Shown here piece after piece: positions 10,667-17,777 of a stretch of 64,000 bases of DNA. The stretch is taken from assembly GCA_965250285.1 (NCBI GenBank), contig OZ252299.1, forward strand, positions 3,232,001-3,296,000, in the 5' to 3' direction. Positions within the stretch are counted from its first letter, which is position 1, and each line of letters opens with the position of its first letter. The DNA is from Myxococcota bacterium. Lineage in GTDB: Bacteria; Myxococcota_A; UBA9160; UBA4427. The position numbers and the translations under genes are program-made. The notes under the pieces are model-generated. The model did not search any database. It was given only the letters and a program-made list of their open reading frames with translations, and was not told the DNA's origin.

Positions 10667-11149
10667 ATGAAGCCCTGCGCGTTGATCCTGTCGATCGTCG
10701 TGACTCTGACCGGCAGCCCTGCTTGGGCCAACGACGAAGTGCTCCTACCGACCGACGTTCGCAGGTACATCGACCTCCGCGTAGAGGAGCTCGATGCCGA
10801 GCGCGATCAGATCTCGACGACAGGACCGCAGCTGGCCACGATCTTCGGCGTTCTGGGGGTCGTGGGCGGCACGGTGGCGCTGCTCGCTGCGCCACAGGCC
10901 ACGAACGACGAGAACGCTCCAGTCGGCGCCATCACAGCGGGCTTGATGCTCATGACGGCGGGCGGCGCCTCGACGGTCGTCGGCGCGATCTTGTGGGGAA
11001 AGCGTGCGAAACGGCGCCGAACGATCGACGCCGAGCGCGAGCTGCTGATCAAGGAGCGCAACGCCATCACCGAGTCGCTCTCGCGGATCGAGCTGAGCGC
11101 CCCGTTCCGCGACGGCACCCATTTCGTCACGCTCGGCGTTCGATTCTGA
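10667..11149 (+). CDS. Tandem paralog 2
   Basis: MKPCALILS start after GGAGG; ends RDGTHFVTLGVRF. Confidence 0.85.
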   Translation: MKPCALILSIVVTLTGSPAWANDEVLLPTDVRRYIDLRVEELDAERDQISTTGPQLATIFGVLGVVGGTVALLAAPQATNDENAPVGAITAGLMLMTAGGASTVVGAILWGKRAKRRRTIDAERELLIKERNAITESLSRIELSAPFRDGTHFVTLGVRF

Positions 11150-11304
11150 GACCGAATGGCGTCTGACTTTCGAACATCGAAGCGGTCCATCCGCGCCACG
11201 CCTTCAAGGGCGATGAGGTTTCGGATCACACATCCACATTCGGCCGCAACGAACGACATCGAAACCGCCCTCGGGCATCGACTTCGTTCAGGGAGAGAAC
11301 CTCG

Positions 11305-11799
11305 ATGAAGACCTGCGCGTTGATGTTGTCGCTCATTTTTTCCCTCGCCAGCTGCCCGGCATGGGCGAACGACGAAGCGCTGGCGCCGACGGACGTTCGC
11401 AGGCACATCGACCTGCGCCTCAAGCTGCTCGATTACAAGCGCGAGCAGATCTCGACGACGGCGCCAAAGGTGGCGACGTTCGCGGGCATCGGAGGGTTGC
11501 TGGGCGGTGCGATCGCGATCGTCGTCGCAACGCAGGGGTGCCGAAGCGCCGACCGCTCTTGCGGAGACCGCTGGGGTGCATCCATTGCAGGGATCACCTT
11601 GCTCTCGGTCGGCGGCGTCACGACGCTCATCAGCGGCATCGTGTGGGGCACGCGGGTCAAGCAACGCAACAAGATCGATGCCGAGCGAGAGCTGCTGATC
11701 AAGGAGCGCAACGCCATCACCGAGTCGCTCTCGCGCATCGAGCTGAACACCCCTTTCCGCGACGGCACCCAGTTCGTGACGCTCGGCGTCCGGTTCTGA
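11305..11799 (+). CDS. Tandem paralog 3
   Basis: MKTCALMLS start; Cys-pair loop; ends RDGTQFVTLGVRF. Confidence 0.85.
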   Translation: MKTCALMLSLIFSLASCPAWANDEALAPTDVRRHIDLRLKLLDYKREQISTTAPKVATFAGIGGLLGGAIAIVVATQGCRSADRSCGDRWGASIAGITLLSVGGVTTLISGIVWGTRVKQRNKIDAERELLIKERNAITESLSRIELNTPFRDGTQFVTLGVRF

Positions 11800-11952
11800 G
11801 ACCGCCTCGCGCCTGATCGACGCGCGTCGAAGCGGGCCATCGACCCAATGACCTCACCCACGAAACGGCTTCAAGTCACGCATCCATCTTCGGCCCTACA
11901 GAATGACATCGAGCCCGGCTCGGGCACCGACTTCATTCAGGAGGCAACACCG

Positions 11953-12447
11953 ATGAAGACCTGCGCCCTCATTCTCTCGATCGTGATGACCCTCGCAAGC
12001 GCCCCAGCTTGGGCGCTCGACGACGTCGCAACCCGACCCGACCGCCGCCATGAGATCGACCTGCGCATCGAGGCCCTCGAGGCCGAGCGCGAGGAGATCT
12101 CGACCAAAGGCCCCAAGGTGGCCACGATCTTCGGGATCACATCCCTCCTGAGTGGCGTGGGTGCGTTGGCTTCGCTCGCCCGACCGTGTCGCGAGGCATT
12201 CGATGAATGCGCACCCCGCGTGGGCGCAGGCGTCACCGGGATCACATTGTTCGGCGTCGGCGGCATCTCGACCATCGTCGGCGGCCTCCTCTGGAACAAG
12301 CGCGCGAAACGTCGCCGCGCCATCGAGGCGGAGCGTGAAGCGCTGATGCACGAGCGCGAGGCGCTCGCCGAGGCGCTGTCGCGCATCGAGCTGAGCACCC
12401 CGTTCCGCGACGGTGCCCGGTTCGTGACGCTCGGCTTCACCTTCTGA
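11953..12447 (+). CDS. Tandem paralog 4
   Basis: MKTCALILS start after AGGAGG; Cys-pair loop; ends RDGARFVTLGFTF. Confidence 0.85.
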   Translation: MKTCALILSIVMTLASAPAWALDDVATRPDRRHEIDLRIEALEAEREEISTKGPKVATIFGITSLLSGVGALASLARPCREAFDECAPRVGAGVTGITLFGVGGISTIVGGLLWNKRAKRRRAIEAEREALMHEREALAEALSRIELSTPFRDGARFVTLGFTF

Positions 12448-12510
12448 AACGCGTCGATCGATCAGCCGAAACCCGAATCACCGAACGGAACTGTCTTGGA
12501 GAATCGAATC

Positions 12511-13023
12511 GTGAAGTCGTGCGCCCTGCTCTTGTCGCTCCTCCTGACCTTCATCAGCGGCCCCGCCTGGGCGGAGGAATCGCTGGTCACCGGGCCCGAT
12601 CGTCGCCAAGAGATCGATCTGCGCCTCGAGTCGCTCGACGCCGAACGCGCGAAGATCTCGACGCGCGGGCCTGCGATCGGAACGGCCGTCGGGCTGGGCA
12701 CGGTCGCCCTGGGCGGGGTCTTGCTCGGCGTCGGGGTCGCTCAGTGCGACGGGCGAGCGAGCGAATACGGACCGTGTACCGGCCCAGGCTCGGGGATCGG
12801 CGCACAGGTCGGCGGCGTCGTCATGATGATCGCGGGCGGCTCGATCACGCTCATCAGCGGCATCGTCTTGGGCCGTCGCGCCAGCCGCCGCGACAAGATC
12901 GACGCCGAGATCGAGTCGCTCATCGACGAACGAAAGGGCCTCAAGGCCACGCTCTCACGGCTCGAGCTGAAGAGCCCCCACCGCAACGGCACTCAGTTCG
13001 TGACGCTCGGGTTCGACTTCTAG
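12511..13023 (+). CDS. Tandem paralog 5
   Basis: GTG start (MKSCALLLS) after GGAGA; Cys-pair loop; ends RNGTQFVTLGFDF. Confidence 0.85.
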   Translation: MKSCALLLSLLLTFISGPAWAEESLVTGPDRRQEIDLRLESLDAERAKISTRGPAIGTAVGLGTVALGGVLLGVGVAQCDGRASEYGPCTGPGSGIGAQVGGVVMMIAGGSITLISGIVLGRRASRRDKIDAEIESLIDERKGLKATLSRLELKSPHRNGTQFVTLGFDF

Positions 13024-13083
13024 GCGGCGTCGGGTGACTCACCCGCGCACGTACCAGATCGAACCAACATGGAGACGGGCATC

Positions 13084-13146
13084 GTGAAGCTCCTTGCGTT
13101 GATCTCATCGCTCCTCCTGACCTTCATCAGCGGCGGCGCCTGGTGA
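13084..13146 (+). pseudogene. Truncated tandem paralog 6 (signal peptide only, MKLLALISSLLLTFISGGAW*)
   Basis: 27 bp (13108-13134) identical to paralog 5 (12535-12561); homology ends abruptly at TGG-TGA. Confidence 0.8.
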
Positions 13147-13637
13147 ATGACGGAGACCCCACCCCGATCATCGTGATACTGAAGGTCATGTCCGGAGTTC
13201 GTATCGACGCTTCGGACCCGATGCATGAACGGCTCCAAGCCGTCGTCCAGTTTCCGGGCGTCGACCTCGACGATCTCGACGACTCGGAGCCGCCCTTCTT
13301 CACGTATCTCCCAGAAGTCGTTGCTCACACGTCCGACGAGGACTTCTGTGCGGCGCGCGACGAGCTGCGAGAGCTTCTGAGGCTCGCCGATCCGGTGGCC
13401 GAGAAGATCGGCGATCGGCTGCATCCGCTCGCTGCCAGGGTCGCCCTCAGCTACCGCGAGGACTTCGACCCGTTCATGTGCAAGCTGCTCGTGATCACCT
13501 GGGCGGGGTTCAGGCAGGTCGAGCATGGACGCGAGCAATACACTCGCGCGCGCGACTGGCTCGTGACGACGAATGCGCTCACGGAGCGACCGCAGCTATC
13601 GACCGAGGAGAGAAGCGATGCCCGTCATTCTCGATGA
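13143..13637 (+). CDS. Hypothetical protein, possibly a 5'-truncated fragment of an element gene
   Basis: Open frame begins right at the junction with truncated paralog 6, with no clear RBS; overlaps the cas1 start. Confidence 0.5.
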   Translation: MNDGDPTPIIVILKVMSGVRIDASDPMHERLQAVVQFPGVDLDDLDDSEPPFFTYLPEVVAHTSDEDFCAARDELRELLRLADPVAEKIGDRLHPLAARVALSYREDFDPFMCKLLVITWAGFRQVEHGREQYTRARDWLVTTNALTERPQLSTEERSDARHSR

Positions 13638-14844
13638 ATCACCCGTCAAGTCCGGCACACTGATGCTCCGCGGCTACGGAATCCGCATCGCGGTCGAGCG
13701 TGGATATCTCGTTGCGGAGGACGGCGTCGGCCGCGATCGACGCCGGATCCGCATTCCCCGGCCATCTCGCAACCTCGACCGCGTGATTGTCATCGGGCAC
13801 ACCGGCGAGATCACGTTCGACGCTCTGCGCTGGCTCTCGGACATCGGTGTGGGGTTCTCTCAGATCGACAACGACGGGAACGTGATCGCGGCAGTTGGCC
13901 CTCTGGGCCTTCGCGACCCCAGGCTGCGGCGTGCTCAGGCGATGGCAGCCGATACGGGTCGTGGCCTGGAGATTGCGCGGGATTTGATCCTCACAAAGCT
14001 GGAGTCACAGGCATCTGTTGTGTCTCGTCTCTGCCGAGCGCCCGCAAATGATGTAGGTGAAGCCTTCGAGAAGGCGCGGGGCGCGGAGTCGATCAAAGCC
14101 TTGCGTTCGCATGAGGCGACCGGAGCGCTGTCCTACTGGTCGGCCTGGTCGGATCTGCCGATGCGGTTTATCGGCAAGGATGAGAAGCGCGTACCCGAGC
14201 ACTGGAAGGCCTTCGTGCAGCGCACTTCGTACGTGACGAAGAGTCCGCGCAAAGCGATGAATCCGATCAATGCGATTCTGAACTACCTCTACGCGATCCT
14301 CGAAACAGAGGCCCGGATCGCCTGCCTGGGAGTAGGCCTCGACCCCGGCATCGGGCTCATGCACGCGGACCTGCAGTCGCGGGACTCACTGGCCGCAGAT
14401 CTCATGGAGCCGATCCGTCCTGAGGTCGATGCATGGGTGCTCGACCTCGTCCAGAGCAACATCTTCCGGAAGGCTGACTTCTTCGAGACTCGCGACGGGG
14501 TCTGCCGTCTCATGCCACCGCTCACCGAACAGCTCATGAAGACCGAGAATCATTGGCGGAGGCTGATCGCGCCAATCGCGGAGTACGTCGCGAAGCGGCT
14601 ACTAGTCGATCCCACCGCGGGGAGTCGCCGCACCGACAAGATCAAGCTCAAGACACCTCTCACGCAGGAGAATCGGAGCCGAGCGCGGGATGGGGTTCGC
14701 CGGCGACGAAGGCCCTCCAGCAAGCGACCGAGGCATCTGCTCGATCGCATCTGCGCCGACTGCGGGGCCAGCGTGGGACCGAGTACCGAACGCTGTCCGT
14801 CCTGCAGGCCTCCGTGTCGATCCAGCCAGACGGTGCGCGGCTAG
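13618..14844 (+). CDS. cas1: Solo Cas1 endonuclease/integrase, casposase-like, with C-terminal CxxC-x10-CxxC Zn ribbon
   Basis: GAGGAG RBS. N-terminal beta domain (GYGIRIAVERGYLV, ITFDALRWL). Catalytic motifs HEATGALSYW (E), NAILNYLY, GLDPGIGLMH (H) and DLMEPIRP. C-terminal CADC...CPSC. Confidence 0.9.
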   Translation: MPVILDESPVKSGTLMLRGYGIRIAVERGYLVAEDGVGRDRRRIRIPRPSRNLDRVIVIGHTGEITFDALRWLSDIGVGFSQIDNDGNVIAAVGPLGLRDPRLRRAQAMAADTGRGLEIARDLILTKLESQASVVSRLCRAPANDVGEAFEKARGAESIKALRSHEATGALSYWSAWSDLPMRFIGKDEKRVPEHWKAFVQRTSYVTKSPRKAMNPINAILNYLYAILETEARIACLGVGLDPGIGLMHADLQSRDSLAADLMEPIRPEVDAWVLDLVQSNIFRKADFFETRDGVCRLMPPLTEQLMKTENHWRRLIAPIAEYVAKRLLVDPTAGSRRTDKIKLKTPLTQENRSRARDGVRRRRRPSSKRPRHLLDRICADCGASVGPSTERCPSCRPPCRSSQTVRG

Positions 14845-14870
14845 ACAAGGGGGCCGAAAACCCCGCATTC
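14842..14870 (+). repeat. TIR-like motif copy C (TAGACAAGGGGGCCGAAAA...), beginning at the cas1 stop codon
   Basis: 17/19 match to the reverse complement of 15987-16005. Confidence 0.65.
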
Positions 14871-14975
14871 ACACCGAACCCAATACCGGGACGAGTCGAG
14901 GGCGAGGCGCCACATCAGCGCTAGGCCGAACGATCGCCGCACCAGAGCCAAGACGAGAGAGCGGGGCTGTGGATC

Positions 14976-15022
14976 CCCGCAAGACCGAAAGCGGCTTTGT
15001 TGGACCCCCTACCTACTATTCC
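14976..15022 (-). repeat. TIR-like motif copy A
   Basis: About 36/48 identity by hand alignment to 15965-16012 (direct); inverted relative to copy C. Confidence 0.6.
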
Positions 15023-15153
15023 AGCTGACGGCGGAAACGATCAGCGACTGCCTCGCGCTCAGCGCTAGGATCCCGCGGCATTCACTTGCTCGACCGATAC
15101 AACTGGCGATTCACCAGGTACTCGAGCAGCCAGATTTCCACAGGAGTCGATCC

Positions 15154-15684
15154 ATGATTCGCTTCGTTGCGGCCACGGTTTCCCTGATCACCTCACTCTC
15201 GATGGTCGCCCCCGTGCGGGCCGAGAGCGCAAAGAAGGTCGACGACCCGACCGGCTGGTCAGTGGGCGGGGGCATCGGCGCCGCCGCCAGCCCCGGACAG
15301 TTCGTGCTCCAGCTGGATGCGCCGTACCGCTTCTCCGAGTTGTTCTCAGCGGCTCCGACCTTCCAGCTGCTGGCGGGCAGCAGCTTCACGCGAATCTCGA
15401 TGTCACTCGACGGAGTGGTGCACCTGAACCTCTTCGACGAGAGCGACAACGTCGTCCTCGCGAATCTGACGCCTCACGTCGGCCTCGGTGCAGGCTTCAC
15501 TCACTTCAGTGCGTTCGGCTTCAACGAAACGAATTTCCTCCTCCCTATCATCATGGGGCTCGAGTTCGATCTCACGGAGGAGATCGCGCTGACGAACGAG
15601 ATGCGGTTCAACATCGTAGTCACCAGCGATTTCGACACCTTCTACTGGTCATGGCAGCTGATCGGGGTCCGGTACCGGTTTTGA
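15154..15684 (+). CDS. Small outer-membrane beta-barrel protein (8-stranded OmpA/OmpW-like fold)
   Basis: AGGAG RBS, signal peptide ending VRA, alternating beta strands, PHVGLGAGF and C-terminal GVRYRF. Confidence 0.8.
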   Translation: MIRFVAATVSLITSLSMVAPVRAESAKKVDDPTGWSVGGGIGAAASPGQFVLQLDAPYRFSELFSAAPTFQLLAGSSFTRISMSLDGVVHLNLFDESDNVVLANLTPHVGLGAGFTHFSAFGFNETNFLLPIIMGLEFDLTEEIALTNEMRFNIVVTSDFDTFYWSWQLIGVRYRF

Positions 15685-15964
15685 GTCGAGAGCCCGAATC
15701 TCGCGCCGGTTACACAGCACGATCCCTCAGAGTACAGCCGGAGATCTAGTCCTCGAATGCGTGAATGGGGTTACTCACGTCTGCGTGAGCCAGCCTGGCT
15801 GCTCGGTCGACTTCTTCTCAGGCCACGGCCTCTCGAATACGTATGGCTACTACATTGGCCGTATCGCTACATCCTGATCTGAGCCGCGATTGAGGAGCGA
15901 TCCGCCTGCCTCTCTACCTGCTGACCTAACTAGAATCAAGATTCGAACGGATTGAGTTCAGTTT

Positions 15965-16012
15965 CCCGCAGGAGCCAAGGCGGCCCTTTTCGACCCCCTT
16001 ATCTACTAACCC
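15965..16012 (-). repeat. TIR-like motif copy B, probable right end of the element
   Basis: Reverse complement begins GGGTTAGTAGATAAGGGGGTCGAAAA; related to copies A and C. Confidence 0.65.
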
Positions 16013-16021
16013 TCAGGCGAG

Positions 16022-16056
16022 TTGACCGGAACCGACTTTCGTCTTATTTTCGCCTC
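16022..16056 (+). promoter_or_regulatory. Sigma70-like promoter TTGACC-N17-TATTTT (leaderless) overlapped by a TTCG-N7-TTCG direct repeat
   Basis: -35 at 16022-16027, -10 at 16045-16050, ATG at 16057; TTCG at 16038 and 16049. Confidence 0.6.
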
Positions 16057-17244
16057 ATGTCGACGATCCCGAAGCCCACCCTGCCTCTCTCGCAGACGCC
16101 CGCCCCACGCGTGGCCCAGACCGCTCCGGCGGGCGCCCTGCGCGGCCGTGGGGCGCTCGACAACCCCACGAATCGCTTCGAGCGGTACCACTACGACCGC
16201 GATGAAGAGGCGCTCGCGGCGATCCGCCTGGCGGATCACGTCGACGACGCGCCCGAGGCGGCGGGGCTCGACGGCGAAGACGAAGCGGCGCTGCGCCCCC
16301 ACCCCGACACCCTCTTTCTGCGCGACCCGACGCGCAAGATCCTCAGCCGCAACGCGAGCCCCGACGTGCCGTTCGACGTCAGCATCAATCCGTATCGCGG
16401 CTGCGAGCACGGTTGCATCTACTGCTACGCCCGGCCTGGCCACGAGTTTCTCGGCTTTTCGGCCGGGCTCGACTTCGAGACCCGCATCCTCGTGAAAGAG
16501 GACGCACCCGAGCTGCTGCGCGACGAGCTGCTGAAGCCGAAGTATCGGCCGAAGCTGATCGGGCTCTCGGGCGTGACCGACCCGTACCAGCCGATCGAGC
16601 GAAAGACTCGGCTCACCCGGCGCTGCCTCGAGGTGCTCGCCGAGTTTCGCAACCCAGTCGGGCTCATCACGAAGAACGCGCTGGTGCGACGCGACGTCGA
16701 CGTGCTGCGCGAGCTGACCGATCACGGGGCGCTGGCGGTCAGCCTGTCGATCACGACGCTCGACGACGAGCTGCACCGGGTGCTCGAGCCCCGCACGTCG
16801 TCGCCCCGCATGCGACTCGAAGCGGTTCGGGTGCTGGCCGACGCGGGGATCCCCGTCGGCGTGAACGTGGCCCCGGTGATCCCGGGGCTCAACTGTCACG
16901 AGATCCCGTCGATCCTCGAGGCGGCCGCGGCGGCCGGGGCTCGCACGGCGGGGCACATCGTGCTGCGGCTGCCCCATGGCGTGAAAGAGCTCTTCGAGGC
17001 CTGGCTGCGCGAGCACCGCCCCGAGCGCGCCGACAAGGTGCTCAACCGGCTGCGCTCGATGCGCGGCGGCGCGCTCGACGATTCACGCTTCGGGACGCGC
17101 ATGAAGGGCGAAGGCATCTTCGCGCAACAGATCCACGATCTGTTCGATGTGTCTTTGCGGCGCGCGGGCCTCGCGCGCGAACGCACGACGCCGACGACCG
17201 AACACTTTCGCCGCCCGCCCGCGCCGCAGCTCGAGCTCTTCTGA
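16057..17244 (+). CDS. PA0069/Rv2578c-family radical SAM protein (spore photoproduct lyase-like, DNA repair)
   Basis: GRGALDNPTNRFE, SINPYRGCEHGCIYCYAR (CxxxCxxC), SGVTDPYQPIE and C-terminal QLELF (beta-clamp-like motif). Confidence 0.9.
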   Translation: MSTIPKPTLPLSQTPAPRVAQTAPAGALRGRGALDNPTNRFERYHYDRDEEALAAIRLADHVDDAPEAAGLDGEDEAALRPHPDTLFLRDPTRKILSRNASPDVPFDVSINPYRGCEHGCIYCYARPGHEFLGFSAGLDFETRILVKEDAPELLRDELLKPKYRPKLIGLSGVTDPYQPIERKTRLTRRCLEVLAEFRNPVGLITKNALVRRDVDVLRELTDHGALAVSLSITTLDDELHRVLEPRTSSPRMRLEAVRVLADAGIPVGVNVAPVIPGLNCHEIPSILEAAAAAGARTAGHIVLRLPHGVKELFEAWLREHRPERADKVLNRLRSMRGGALDDSRFGTRMKGEGIFAQQIHDLFDVSLRRAGLARERTTPTTEHFRRPPAPQLELF

Positions 17245-17282
17245 GCCGGGTCGTTGGCGGCGCCCGCGCGGGCAGCGCGGCT

Positions 17283-17777
17283 ATGCTCTCGCCACCTCGT
17301 TCGCGTACGCCACGAAGCAGCGTGCGCCTGCACCCGGGAGCGCACGTCATCGCCTTTCTGCCGCCGACCTGGCCTCGCGTCGTCGTGCTGCTGCTCGTCT
17401 CGGTGCTGTTCACCGTGACGGGCATCATGCACTTCACCAACACCGCGTTCTTCTCGGCGATCGTGCCACCGTACCTTCCAGCGCCCGACATGCTCGTCTA
17501 TGTGAGCGGCGTGTTCGAGATTCTCGGCGGCATCGGCGTGCTTGTGCCGGCCACCCGGCGCTTCTCGGGCTACGGCCTGCTCGCGCTGCTCGTCGCCGTG
17601 TATCCGGCGAACATCCACATGGCACTGAACCCCGAGCTTTTCCCCGACGCGTCGGCGGGCGCACTCTACGCCCGCCTGCCCTTCCAGTTCGTCTTCGCGG
17701 CGCTCGTCTGGTACGGCGCCTGCTCGCCCAAGAGCGCCGCGCGCGGCGAAGTCGCCGAAGCGCCGAGCGCCGCCTGA
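17283..17777 (+). CDS. DoxX-like membrane protein
   Basis: GIMHF, IVPPYLP, SGVFEILGG, VYPANIHMA and RLPFQ; start uncertain. Confidence 0.8.
   Translation: MLSPPRSRTPRSSVRLHPGAHVIAFLPPTWPRVVVLLLVSVLFTVTGIMHFTNTAFFSAIVPPYLPAPDMLVYVSGVFEILGGIGVLVPATRRFSGYGLLALLVAVYPANIHMALNPELFPDASAGALYARLPFQFVFAALVWYGACSPKSAARGEVAEAPSAA

Larger units (their letters stand above)
10021..13146 (+). repeat. Tandem gene-scale repeat array, period ~560-650 bp, 5 full units and 1 truncated
   Basis: Unit starts at 10021, 10667, 11305, 11953, 12511 and 13084; spacers 11150-11304 and 11800-11952 are homologous. Confidence 0.9.
13144..16012. mobile_element. Casposon-like element or remnant (cas1, TIR-like motifs, beta-barrel cargo)
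   Basis: Solo Cas1; composition shift (visibly lower GC, several CTAG sites that are rare elsewhere); left edge truncates a gene; right edge is a repeat ending ...CTACTAACCC just upstream of a host promoter. Confidence 0.55.

Noticed and set aside
10021..13146. The paralog array as a true CRISPR array or integron cassette array
   Set aside because: The repeats are coding and hundreds of bp long, no attC-like GTTRRRY palindromes were seen, and there is no tyrosine integrase in the window.
14845..15153. CRISPR array downstream of cas1
   Set aside because: Only short scattered repeats (GGCCGAA, GCATTCAC, TCAGCGCTAGG) with irregular spacing; no constant repeat-spacer period.
15685..15960. Small ORF or ncRNA between the beta-barrel gene and the right-end motif
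   Set aside because: Only a ~40-codon open stretch without a credible RBS or recognisable motif; probably decayed element DNA.
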